A DNA stretch of 64,000 bases from an uncultured Methanosarcinales archaeon (GCA_964351975.1 CAYGPK010000001.1:85270-149269), one strand, 5' to 3'; shown: positions 38,573-47,711, numbered from the stretch's first letter. Numbers and translations are program-made. The notes: a model not told the origin generated them from the letters alone.

Positions 38573-39277
38573 TTAGTTAAGGTTGATAGTTCCATTTGCA
38601 ATTAATATTAATAACCAACCTAGACCAATTAATAATAATCCTGTGAAGTATCTCATATAGGATTTATTTGATTGTTTCCAATTTTGAACTTTTTGAATTT
38701 TAACACCAAAGTATACCATAAGTACAATTATAATTAATGGTAATACAAATATGAAATTGTATATCATAAGTAATATTAATGCACTCATGTCAAAATTTTC
38801 TTTAAGTATTAAAAGAATTGCAAGGTAAGGTCCACCAGTACAAGGTAGTTCTACAGCTGCAACAAATGCTCCTAAAAAGATAACTGTTCCAACAGAAACA
38901 TTTTGCATTTTTTCTTGAATTTTCTTTGCATATTTTGGAGGAATATGAAGTGAAACTCCTTCCCCATACCAAAAATAATCTTTCATTTCAAGAATTCCTG
39001 CTATAACTACAATTATTCCTACAAATATTGAAATATACTCTGCAACCCAAATTGGAATTGCTGATAGGAATGCTAGAACTCCGAATCCTAGTACGAAGTA
39101 TGTAATATATACTGCAGCAATATATAGTGCTCCAATCTTTAGCATTTTACTTTTTTGTTTTGTAACAAGTAGAGTTGATAACAATAAAATTAAAACTCCT
39201 ATAGCACAAGGATTTATACTATCAATTAATGCTGTAAAAATGATAGTTGTTAATGTTGGTAATGCGATTTCTACCAT
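38573..39277 (-). CDS. ccdA: cytochrome c-type biogenesis/thiol-disulfide transporter CcdA (DsbD transmembrane-domain family)
   Basis: Conserved NPC (IDSINPCAIG) and PCT (VELPCTGGPY) cysteine motifs in a 6-TM protein. Confidence 0.7.
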   Translation of the reverse strand: MVEIALPTLTTIIFTALIDSINPCAIGVLILLLSTLLVTKQKSKMLKIGALYIAAVYITYFVLGFGVLAFLSAIPIWVAEYISIFVGIIVVIAGILEMKDYFWYGEGVSLHIPPKYAKKIQEKMQNVSVGTVIFLGAFVAAVELPCTGGPYLAILLILKENFDMSALILLMIYNFIFVLPLIIIVLMVYFGVKIQKVQNWKQSNKSYMRYFTGLLLIGLGWLLILIANGTINLN

Positions 39278-39349
39278 CTTACTTACTCACCTCATACATC
39301 TGATTGTGATTGTGTTTAAAACAAAGATTAGTGATTTGCGATGTTAGTT

Positions 39350-40117
39350 TCATTGTTGCACCTCAACAAGACCTTGTCCATCTATATATTGCCATCCTTC
39401 TCCCATCCAACTTGGTTGATTAAACTTCTCTTTTCTAAGTTCTTTGAAATTTTCATAGTTCCAACTATTTGCAGCCCAGAAGTCACAAATTTTAGTTGTT
39501 GTATCGGGTAAGTTAGGTCCAAATTCAATTATAACACAATCACCTGGAGGCATACTTCCATGAGGGTAATACATATAAGTTTCTACATTATTGATTTTTT
39601 GTCCATTCACATAAACTTTTAATTGAGAAGGTTGTCCATTACAAGAATCTCCACTTTTAACATTAACATCTTCTCCGTTTTCAACAAGATATGCGAATTC
39701 ATTTGTAGTTAATTTCCCACCAACAGTTCTAAAAAATGAGGATAAAGTTACATCATCCATATTTGAAACTGTTCCTTCAACATGAATTCTATCGTCATTG
39801 TGTTCGTGAAATAAAGGAGTTCCAATTTTATTTGAGAGTCCAGTTGGATCAATTAAATCTTTTCTTTCTCCACAAACCCAAACTTGATAATCTGCGTGCC
39901 AGTGAATTGGTCCACCAGTTACTGATTTTATATTTTTGTATACTGTATTTCCTGCTAAATAAAGAGTTGGAAGTAAAACAATAATTACAATAAATATAAA
40001 AATACTTTTTTTAAATTTGGTCATAAATTTTTCTTTTGCAAATAAGACTACAATAGTTATAACTACAAGTAGAATTGCTGCAATTTCTATATATAATACT
40101 GGATTTGTTAATTTCAT
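39350..40117 (-). CDS. secreted/membrane-anchored hypothetical protein
   Basis: N-terminal TM and a Cys/His-containing extracytoplasmic domain. 4-nt overlap with the upstream small membrane ORF. Confidence 0.45.
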   Translation of the reverse strand: MKLTNPVLYIEIAAILLVVITIVVLFAKEKFMTKFKKSIFIFIVIIVLLPTLYLAGNTVYKNIKSVTGGPIHWHADYQVWVCGERKDLIDPTGLSNKIGTPLFHEHNDDRIHVEGTVSNMDDVTLSSFFRTVGGKLTTNEFAYLVENGEDVNVKSGDSCNGQPSQLKVYVNGQKINNVETYMYYPHGSMPPGDCVIIEFGPNLPDTTTKICDFWAANSWNYENFKELRKEKFNQPSWMGEGWQYIDGQGLVEVQQ

Positions 40118-40368
40118 TTTTTTTTAATTTTAATATGTTTTCCAATAACCATTAATGTTAATGTATAAATTCCCCAAGCTATTAAAAGCCAGAGACCTAT
40201 AATTAATATCCCATAAAAGTCATAACCATGAGAAAAATATTCAAAAGGATTTATACCTCCTGAAAATACTTCTTCTTCCCCATTATGAGCATAAGTAAGA
40301 CTTAAGGTTGTAAGTGTACTTAGTATATAACTAATAATTTTTTTCATTTTAACAAAAAGGACATGCAT
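40114..40368 (-). CDS. small membrane protein
   Basis: Signal-like N-terminus plus a C-terminal TM. Translationally coupled (ATGA overlap) to the downstream gene. Confidence 0.35.
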   Translation of the reverse strand: MHVLFVKMKKIISYILSTLTTLSLTYAHNGEEEVFSGGINPFEYFSHGYDFYGILIIGLWLLIAWGIYTLTLMVIGKHIKIKKK

Positions 40369-40495
40369 CTTCTTCTTTTTTGGAATCGTGCTTATGTTTA
40401 TCTTCTTTTTTAGGTTTTTCTGCCATATAAGATATTTTGGAGTTTTAAGGTTTATAAATATTTATTGTAAAGTTATAGTTATTACAGATTAGAAT

Positions 40496-41269
40496 TTAGT
40501 TAGTTTCTAAGATAATAGGATAATGATCTGATCCAAGAGAATTAGAATTAACTTTTTTATTTTTTATTTTTATAGGAATTGGAGTTAGTATATGATCAGT
40601 TTGATTTTTTATTTTAACTATAGTAGAATTATTTTTAAAATTGTTTATTAATTTATATTTTTTAAATATTTCTTCAAATTTTTTTCTTTCATTGATAAGA
40701 AAAGCTTCTTTAAAGCTATGTTCTATAAAAAAACTAAATGGTTTAACAAATTTGTTTTCTATAATATTAAAATCACCAGTTATTATATTGAAATTTTTTT
40801 CTGATAAGTTATCAATTATTTTATTAAATTGATTAATTCGTCTATTAATTCCTGAAACTAATTTTAGTCTTGCATTGTGAATCCTATATTTTTCATTTTT
40901 TATTTCAGTTTCAATATATATGGCTCCATTTCCAAAGTTTGATTTAGACCACCCAAATTGTTTTAATAAGAATATTACAAATAAAGATCTGGTTTTATAT
41001 TTGAATTTTTCAGAGATAATATATTCTTTTTTTTTGTTGATTTTGGTTTTAGATAGAATTACAAGATATAATTTTATTTTTTTATTTTCTACAAATGTAA
41101 AAGTATCTAGATCATAAAAGATGTAATAATCCAGTTTTTTTAATTTATTTAAAAATTCAACAGTAACTTCTTGTAGGGAGCAAATGTCTGGGGACTCAGT
41201 TTTTATAAATTCAATTATCTTATTGTGATTTTTGTTAGAGAATAAAACATTGAAACTTATAATTTTCAT
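40496..41269 (-). CDS. endonuclease/exonuclease/phosphatase (EEP) family protein
   Basis: N-terminal MKIISFNV...ICSLQEV and C-terminal SDHYPI motifs typical of the EEP fold. Confidence 0.65.
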   Translation of the reverse strand: MKIISFNVLFSNKNHNKIIEFIKTESPDICSLQEVTVEFLNKLKKLDYYIFYDLDTFTFVENKKIKLYLVILSKTKINKKKEYIISEKFKYKTRSLFVIFLLKQFGWSKSNFGNGAIYIETEIKNEKYRIHNARLKLVSGINRRINQFNKIIDNLSEKNFNIITGDFNIIENKFVKPFSFFIEHSFKEAFLINERKKFEEIFKKYKLINNFKNNSTIVKIKNQTDHILTPIPIKIKNKKVNSNSLGSDHYPIILETN

Positions 41270-41316
41270 ATTAATACTTTGGGTTTAAGATTTATATTAC
41301 TTTCTTTTATTTAGAA

Positions 41317-41346
41317 AGCGGCAAGACTGAGATTTGAAGTCTTAGA
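41317..41346 (-). repeat. partial duplicate of the tRNA-Ser 3' end (acceptor 3' strand plus T-loop; non-functional T-stem)
   Basis: ga[ag]agcggcaagactg[ag]gatttgaa is shared with 41424..41450 (25/27 identical). In the duplicate the T-stem pairing is destroyed. Confidence 0.6.
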
Positions 41347-41428
41347 GTGAAACGACGAGATACCAAAAATTATTATATAATTTCTAAGAAATAATTTTTG
41401 AGTACCAGAATGTAATTCTGGGTGAGAG

Positions 41429-41510
41429 CGGCAAGACTGGGATTTGAACCCAGAATTCCAAAGGAACCACCTTTCCAGGGTGGCGCAATACCGGATTATG
41501 CGATCTTGCC
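41429..41510 (-). tRNA. tRNA-Ser (anticodon GGA), type II with a long variable arm and 3-bp D-stem
   Basis: Manual fold of the reverse complement. Acceptor stem GGCAAGA/TCTTGCC with discriminator G. Anticodon stem-loop CCACC-CTGGAAA-GGTGG. Variable arm TTCC-TTT-GGAA. T-arm CTGGG-TTCAAAT-CCCAG. No encoded CCA. Confidence 0.85.
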
Positions 41511-41626
41511 ATTATATTAGAATAATAAAATTAACTTGATTGGTTTTAAAAACATTTGGGAGAATTTAATATTAAGATAGCTTAAAAATACATTATATTT
41601 ATAAAAAACAACTTTATATTTATATT

Positions 41627-42160
41627 ATGAAATTAAATCCGAAGTATTCTTATGAGTTTAACTGTGTATTAAACTCAAATTATGATGAGAGCGAGCAAAT
41701 TAAAAATTTTACTTCATTAATTACTGACAAAGATAGATTTTTGATTTTATTACCTTTGTTAAACCATAATAGAGAGTTAATTGAGAAAGGTTTAGGTTAT
41801 ACTTTACCTGAAAATTTAGATTTTTTTATTGTAAGAGGTGAATTATTCAAATCATTTTCTGAGCCTATTACAGTTGAGTATTCAATTTTACCCGAGGAGA
41901 TGTTTTTATTTTTATTTAAAGAAATTTTGAAAGTTACCATCACTGATAGGTTTTTATCTGAGGAGTTAAGGGAGCAATATATTAATTCATTTATAGATTA
42001 TGTCTGTGTTAATGGAGAATTTGGAAAAAATGATTTTGTTAAGTTTACAAAAAATTTACATGATGAGAGTAAGAGACTTTTTCCAAATTATGAATTTAAA
42101 GAATATGATTTTTCAAATAAAACAATGCTGGATTATATATCAGAGATGTACGAAAACTAA
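41627..42160 (+). CDS. hypothetical protein
   Basis: Its stop is 2 nt from the start of lgt, so the two are probably co-transcribed. Confidence 0.4.
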   Translation: MKLNPKYSYEFNCVLNSNYDESEQIKNFTSLITDKDRFLILLPLLNHNRELIEKGLGYTLPENLDFFIVRGELFKSFSEPITVEYSILPEEMFLFLFKEILKVTITDRFLSEELREQYINSFIDYVCVNGEFGKNDFVKFTKNLHDESKRLFPNYEFKEYDFSNKTMLDYISEMYEN

Positions 42161-42162
42161 AA

Positions 42163-42903
42163 ATGGTTGACCCTGTTGCTTTTTCAATATTTGGCCTTGA
42201 AATTTATTGGTATGGTTTAACTTATGCAATAGGTTTTTTAGTTTCTTATTTTTTTATTATGCACTTTGGAAAAGCAATTGCCAAAAGAGAGATTTTAGAA
42301 GATTTATTTTTTTATTTTATGATTTTTTCAGTTTTAGGAGGAAGAGTCTTTGAAATTATTTTTTATGATTTAAGTTATTATTTAGCTGAGCCTATAAAAA
42401 TATTTTACGTTTGGGAAGGAGGGATGAGTATTCACGGGGGATTTTTTTTTGGAATGATTACTCTTTGGTATTTATGTAGAAAGTATAAAGTTGATTATTT
42501 AAAAATTTGGGATTTATTTTCTATTCCAACTGCATTAGGTCTTTCTTTTGGAAGACTTGCAAATTTTGTTAATCAAGAATTAGTTGGTAAAGTTACAACC
42601 TCTAATTTAGGGATAGTTTTTCCTTTATACGACAATCAAAATCGTTGGCCTACTACAATTTTTGAGAGTGTTAAAAATATGGCAACTTTTCAAATTATTT
42701 TGTATTTGAGCTTTTTTAAAAGTTTAAAACCTGGGATTTTAACAGCTTGGTTTTTTATATTATATGATTTTGGAAGATTCTTTATTAATTTTTTACGTGA
42801 ACCAACAGTTAGTTTAGGTTTTATTTCAATGGGGCAATTTTTATGTTTGATTTTTGGATTCTATGGAGTTTGGATGTTGTATAAGATTAACAAAAAAAAT
42901 TAA
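42163..42903 (+). CDS. lgt: prolipoprotein diacylglyceryl transferase
   Basis: GRLANFVNQELVG matches the Lgt signature G-R-[LIV]-[GA]-N-F-[LIV]-N-x-E-[LIV]-x-G exactly. 7-TM topology. Conserved YW..Y and HGG motifs. Confidence 0.8.
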   Translation: MVDPVAFSIFGLEIYWYGLTYAIGFLVSYFFIMHFGKAIAKREILEDLFFYFMIFSVLGGRVFEIIFYDLSYYLAEPIKIFYVWEGGMSIHGGFFFGMITLWYLCRKYKVDYLKIWDLFSIPTALGLSFGRLANFVNQELVGKVTTSNLGIVFPLYDNQNRWPTTIFESVKNMATFQIILYLSFFKSLKPGILTAWFFILYDFGRFFINFLREPTVSLGFISMGQFLCLIFGFYGVWMLYKINKKN

Positions 42904-42913
42904 TTGAATTTAT

Positions 42914-44797
42914 TTAATTTAATATTTTTTCTTTTAGAAATAATCTAATAAATGCTATGCTTCCAAATATATAAAATATAGCTGTGAAGAAGAATCTTAT
43001 TATTTCTAAATTATTTAATGTAGTATTTTGTTTTAAGCCTATTATTGGCTTTATAATTTCAATTAATTCTGCTTGATTGATTTGTTTATCAAAAACATTT
43101 GAATTATTTTCTAATTGGTATATGAACATCACATTGCCTTTTTGAAATTTAAAATCTTGATAATCTTTTGAATTTTCAAAATAAATATTTTCTAGATTTT
43201 TAATATTGTACTTTTTTGTTGTATCAATGTTTTCTAAATTAAATAATATATATTCTGATTTAATATCCTTTAATGGAGTTAACTTAAGATTATAATAATT
43301 TGATCCAATTGAGATAGTTTCATATTTGTCAATCTCATCATTTTTGATTTTATTACTTAAATCATTATATTCAGTTTCACCTTTAACTTGATCATTTAAA
43401 GTAAATTTTTCTTGAATAGTTGTAGTTTGGAGTTTTGCTATACTAAAGAAAAACATACTAATATAGATTATAAAAAAGATTAACGCTATTGTTGGCATTA
43501 ATTTGTATTTGATTATTTTTGAATTTGTATTTTTTAATGTATAATAAATCCCAATTGAAACTATTAAACTTAAAACTAAAAAAGTTATCGTACTTAGCAT
43601 AGTTGTATTTGTTATTTGAGTTATAGTTTGATGAGTATTAAAATTTACACCAATTATTTGAGAGTTATCAAGCGCGGAGTTTATAGTTATATTTGGATTT
43701 AAATCAGGAATTAAAAACAATGATAAGTAAAGTATGCTTACAGTTAGAAATATATATTTTACTAAATCAGGGCTATGAGTTTTGTTATTGGTTATGAATT
43801 TGTAGAAATAATAAAATGGTCCAAGCATTACTAAAAAATAGAATAGAATAGTTGTCATATAACTTACTAGAATAGTTAAAATTAACAATGGATTATAATT
43901 TGCAATTGTAAAATCTAGATAAATTTGTGAGAATTGATAATTAAATATATTAATTAATGGAGTGTTTATTGATGAAGCGTATAGAGCGTTCGGATTTCCC
44001 AATAAATATGGTATTAAATAAACTCCTATGTCAACAATTAGATGAATAGTTAATATTAATGATGTTCCAATTAGAAATGTTTTTTTGTTTGAAAATTGAT
44101 TAATTAAATTTTGATAAAAATTATTTCCAGTATTTGAAATTGTTCCAAGGTATTTTTCTGTATTTAATTTAGTGTGTTTATGGAGATATTTGATTATATA
44201 ATAAATTAAACCTATTACAAGTATTACTGAATCTACAGCAAGTGCAAACCACTCCATAAAGAAATTAAATACTATTAAACTAAAGAAGGTTAGAGTAAAG
44301 ATTAGTATTATATATTCTCCTCCTACAAATTTTATATATCCTTTCAGATTAAAACTTCCAATAAGAGAATCTTTTGTTGCCACATATTTTTTTAGAGAAT
44401 AAAATGAAATAAAAATTATTATTATAAGTCCTATTATGAAGAGTGTTTGTTCAAAAGTTGTTATTTCTTTTATATTTTGAAAGAATTTAATTATAAACTC
44501 GAAAATTAAGAAATTTGATTTTTGAGTTGATTCAAGATGAACATATAACACTATTGATTTTGTAATTGTCATTAATGAGAATGCTAAAAGTAGAATTAAA
44601 TCAATTATTTTATCCCTTGTTCCTAAAAATATTTTGGTGAAACTACTTTTGTAAAAGATATAACCAATAATTGTCCAAGAAAGAAGTTTCTTAAAAAAAT
44701 CAAAGTCTCCTTGTAAATATCCAAGAAAATCAAAGACATTTAGAAGGATGAATATTATAAAATATACTTGTAAAAGTATTTTTTTAGGAATTTTCAT
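42914..44797 (-). CDS. large polytopic membrane protein, unknown function
   Basis: 627 aa with >12 hydrophobic segments plus a soluble domain. No STT3 WWDYG motif. Confidence 0.45.
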   Translation of the reverse strand: MKIPKKILLQVYFIIFILLNVFDFLGYLQGDFDFFKKLLSWTIIGYIFYKSSFTKIFLGTRDKIIDLILLLAFSLMTITKSIVLYVHLESTQKSNFLIFEFIIKFFQNIKEITTFEQTLFIIGLIIIIFISFYSLKKYVATKDSLIGSFNLKGYIKFVGGEYIILIFTLTFFSLIVFNFFMEWFALAVDSVILVIGLIYYIIKYLHKHTKLNTEKYLGTISNTGNNFYQNLINQFSNKKTFLIGTSLILTIHLIVDIGVYLIPYLLGNPNALYASSINTPLINIFNYQFSQIYLDFTIANYNPLLILTILVSYMTTILFYFLVMLGPFYYFYKFITNNKTHSPDLVKYIFLTVSILYLSLFLIPDLNPNITINSALDNSQIIGVNFNTHQTITQITNTTMLSTITFLVLSLIVSIGIYYTLKNTNSKIIKYKLMPTIALIFFIIYISMFFFSIAKLQTTTIQEKFTLNDQVKGETEYNDLSNKIKNDEIDKYETISIGSNYYNLKLTPLKDIKSEYILFNLENIDTTKKYNIKNLENIYFENSKDYQDFKFQKGNVMFIYQLENNSNVFDKQINQAELIEIIKPIIGLKQNTTLNNLEIIRFFFTAIFYIFGSIAFIRLFLKEKILN

Positions 44798-44848
44798 TGT
44801 TATAATTTAATTAAAAATCTTTATAAACTTTCTTTATCACTTGTAATT

Positions 44849-45718
44849 ATGCTTGATTTTAAGAATCTTTTCAAATTAGAAGAAAGACTTGTATTTTTCA
44901 TGAATTTTATTTTTGTTTTAATAGTTATTTTTTCTTTATTGTATAATATTTCTCTTAGATATTTTTTTTATTTTAATATAATTACAACTTTTGTTGTTTC
45001 ATATTTTTTCTTTAAAAGATCAAGAAAACTCGCTAAACAACTAATTGTTACGAATTTATTTATATTTTTTTATTTTTTATATCCACAAGTAGCTTGGTTT
45101 TTATCAGAAATTTTCTCAGCACAGAGTTATATTTTTATTATAGCATATAATGTTATTATAGCCTATATTTTTTTAATATTTTCAGGAAATCAAAAGAACT
45201 TATTGGGGAATTTTAATAGATTTCATTTAGGGGTTTTATTTTGTATTGCTTTGTTAGGTATGGTTTTTGGACTTCTTTTTAATTTAGTTAAAGAACCAGT
45301 TCCGAGTTTGTTTGTTAATTTTGCATCAGGAGAGTTAGCTAGTGTTTTCATTTTTTTAATTTTTAGCTCTTTTGCGGTTGCTTTTTCAGAACAAATGATT
45401 TTTTCGGGATTTTTATTTAATACTTATAGAAGTTTAACTTCAAAGTATGACGCATTTTATCAAGTTTCATTAATATTTGTTTTGTTTCATTTACTTAGAT
45501 TTGAAATACTTGTGAAACATTATTTTACTAATTTTACTAATTGGTATTTAGTTTTCATTACTTGTTATTATTTATTATTGTTTGTATTTATGCTACTTTG
45601 TCTTTATTTTTATTCTTTTAAATATAAGAAATATGAAGGTAATTTTTTATATCCTGTAATTTTTCATTTTATGGCAGATTTAGGATTATTCATATTCTAT
45701 ATAATTGGAGCTGGGTAA
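44849..45718 (+). CDS. CPBP-family intramembrane metalloprotease (CAAX protease/Abi)
   Basis: Motifs SEQMIFSG (EExxxR-like), FVLFH (FxxxH) and HFMAD (HxxxD/N). Confidence 0.55.
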   Translation: MLDFKNLFKLEERLVFFMNFIFVLIVIFSLLYNISLRYFFYFNIITTFVVSYFFFKRSRKLAKQLIVTNLFIFFYFLYPQVAWFLSEIFSAQSYIFIIAYNVIIAYIFLIFSGNQKNLLGNFNRFHLGVLFCIALLGMVFGLLFNLVKEPVPSLFVNFASGELASVFIFLIFSSFAVAFSEQMIFSGFLFNTYRSLTSKYDAFYQVSLIFVLFHLLRFEILVKHYFTNFTNWYLVFITCYYLLLFVFMLLCLYFYSFKYKKYEGNFLYPVIFHFMADLGLFIFYIIGAG

Positions 45719-45728
45719 TTTGGAATAA

Positions 45729-46478
45729 ATGTTTGAGACTTTCATTTTTAATTCAGAGAAAAACTATTCTTTTTTTAGAGTTTTTTTAGGATGTTTTTTT
45801 TTAACTCTAATTATTTCAATCTTAAATTCATTTTTAGGGGGAGATTTTTTATTTCTAGTTGCTTTGGTTTCTTTAGGTTTATCTTATCCAGTTATTAATT
45901 TTATTTTAGATTTTAGTAAAGTTGAACTTGAGACTCAGATGAGAGCAAAAATTTTATTTTTAAGACATGAGAGAGAAATGATTGTTTTTTTAAGTTTATT
46001 TTTAGGTGTTAGTTTAGGATTTTTTTTATCTAGTTTTTATTTTATTTCTGATTTTTCATATCAGGAAAAATTTGTCGATTTGATTAGTGGAAGTTTTTTG
46101 AATTTAGAGAGTTCTTTTTTTACTATCTTATTAAATAATTTAATTGTTGGTTGTTTTACTTTTTTGATTAGTATGTTTATATTTTCAGGATTTATTTTTA
46201 TTTTAGTTTGGAACGCATCTATTTTGAGTTATTTTATTTATAGTTTAAAGAGTACAAGTTCTATGTTTATTTCTTTTGTTTCTATTTTACCTCATCTTTT
46301 ATTTGAGATAGGAGGATTTATTTTAGCAGGATTCGCAGGATCAGTTCTTGCTTACAAATTTTATAGAAAAGAAAAGTATGGACATAATTTTAACAATGAA
46401 TTTTTCAAGGATTTAATAATACTTATTTTTATGTCGTTTGTTTTTATTTTAATTGGAGCTTTAATTGAAGTTTTGTGA
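45729..46478 (+). CDS. SpoIIM-like/DUF95-family membrane protein
   Basis: LPHLLFEIGGFILAG resembles the DUF95 'PHGxxE' signature. 10-nt gap after the CPBP protease gene. Confidence 0.4.
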   Translation: MFETFIFNSEKNYSFFRVFLGCFFLTLIISILNSFLGGDFLFLVALVSLGLSYPVINFILDFSKVELETQMRAKILFLRHEREMIVFLSLFLGVSLGFFLSSFYFISDFSYQEKFVDLISGSFLNLESSFFTILLNNLIVGCFTFLISMFIFSGFIFILVWNASILSYFIYSLKSTSSMFISFVSILPHLLFEIGGFILAGFAGSVLAYKFYRKEKYGHNFNNEFFKDLIILIFMSFVFILIGALIEVL

Positions 46479-46538
46479 GTTGAGAAGTTATAATTAATTT
46501 GCTATATATTTATTAAGGATTAATGAGAATTTATTTTA

Positions 46539-47711
46539 ATGAAAGTTGAAGATGTTATTTTAAAATCTCGAAATTTAATTTTAAAATCTAAAAATCCTAT
46601 TGTTTTTTTCGATCAGGACACTGATGGTTCTTGTTCTTATATTCAATTAAGAAAAACCTTTTCAAATATTAAAGAGGGTTATCCACTTTCAAAAAATGAT
46701 GATTCTCAAGATGAGTGTTTAGAAAAAATTTACGATAATCATGATTTGATTATTTTTGTTGATACGCCTTATTTAAAGAAAGAGTTTTTTGAAACTGTAG
46801 GTAAAAGAGATTGTATTTGGGTTGATCATCACCCGCGTGCGGGTGAGATGCAGGAAATACGAAAGAGTTTTAGTGATAATATAATTGTTTTGAATCCACT
46901 TGATTTTGACTCTAAAGACGGGAGATGTACTAGTTATCAGATTTATAGAATTTGTGATAAAAAAAAAAATTTAGTTTATTGCGCTCTTGCTTGTGTTTCT
47001 GATTTTTATTTGTTTGACATATTAATTGATTTGTATAATTATGATTCTAAATTGTTTAGTTTAGTTTTTAAAATATCTGAGGAGAAGAGACTTGAACTTT
47101 TTGATTTTATTAATAAGTACGATTTTCGTGATGATACAGTTTATGATGAGAGGGCAAATTGGATACAGTATTTAAGTTATGATTGTGGTAGCATATTATA
47201 TAAAAATTTTTTTGATTTACTTTACAAATTTAGTGATTCTCGAGATTCAACTCGTCTTTTAAGAAAAATTTCTAAACTAGATTTCATTGATTTTAAAGTT
47301 GAGTTAAATAATTCTAAGGATGAGTTATTTGAGAGATTCAATACTATTTACGATGAATACAAACAAGTTTACAAAAAAGTGTTTAAGAGTTTATCAAAGG
47401 GTGAGTGGAAGAAAAGTGGAATTGTTTTTGTAGAACATAGTAATTGTATAAAGAGTTTTAATAGGCAATTATCAGAGGAACTTGCTTATAGATTAGAGGA
47501 TTGGAGAGTTATTTGTTCTTGTTATCAAAAGGATAATTATGATAGCGTTTCTTGTAGTTTAAGAAGTAGAGGAGTTAATGTTAATGAGCTTTTACAAAAT
47601 GCTTTAAGTGGACTTGATGGAAGAGGTGGTGGTCATGATTTTGCTTGTGGTGCTAGCATTTCAAAGAAAGATTTTAATGAGTTTAAGAAAAGATTAAACG
47701 CAGGAGTTTAG
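46539..47711 (+). CDS. DHH/DHHA1-family phosphoesterase (NrnA/RecJ-like)
   Basis: FFDQDTDGSCS (motif I), WVDHHP (DHH) and GRGGGHDFACGA (DHHA1 GGGH). Confidence 0.7.
   Translation: MKVEDVILKSRNLILKSKNPIVFFDQDTDGSCSYIQLRKTFSNIKEGYPLSKNDDSQDECLEKIYDNHDLIIFVDTPYLKKEFFETVGKRDCIWVDHHPRAGEMQEIRKSFSDNIIVLNPLDFDSKDGRCTSYQIYRICDKKKNLVYCALACVSDFYLFDILIDLYNYDSKLFSLVFKISEEKRLELFDFINKYDFRDDTVYDERANWIQYLSYDCGSILYKNFFDLLYKFSDSRDSTRLLRKISKLDFIDFKVELNNSKDELFERFNTIYDEYKQVYKKVFKSLSKGEWKKSGIVFVEHSNCIKSFNRQLSEELAYRLEDWRVICSCYQKDNYDSVSCSLRSRGVNVNELLQNALSGLDGRGGGHDFACGASISKKDFNEFKKRLNAGV

Noticed and set aside
40369-40452. Small K-rich ORF (MAEKPKKEDKHKHDSKK...) upstream of and overlapping the 84-aa membrane ORF
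   Set aside because: It is only 27 codons and low-complexity. It overlaps the start of a better ORF in another frame, and no RBS or TATA is positioned for it.
41317-41346. Partial tRNA-Ser copy as a split-tRNA half or second tRNA
   Set aside because: The T-stem cannot form (GACT/AGTC with a 10-nt loop instead of CTGGG/CCCAG). No matching 5' half or BHB motif is nearby. It is better explained as an att-like duplicate.
42914-44797. 627-aa membrane protein as the oligosaccharyltransferase AglB/STT3
   Set aside because: It has no WWDYG motif or conserved DxD/ExD loop pattern, and the topology does not match 13 TM segments plus a C-terminal globular domain.
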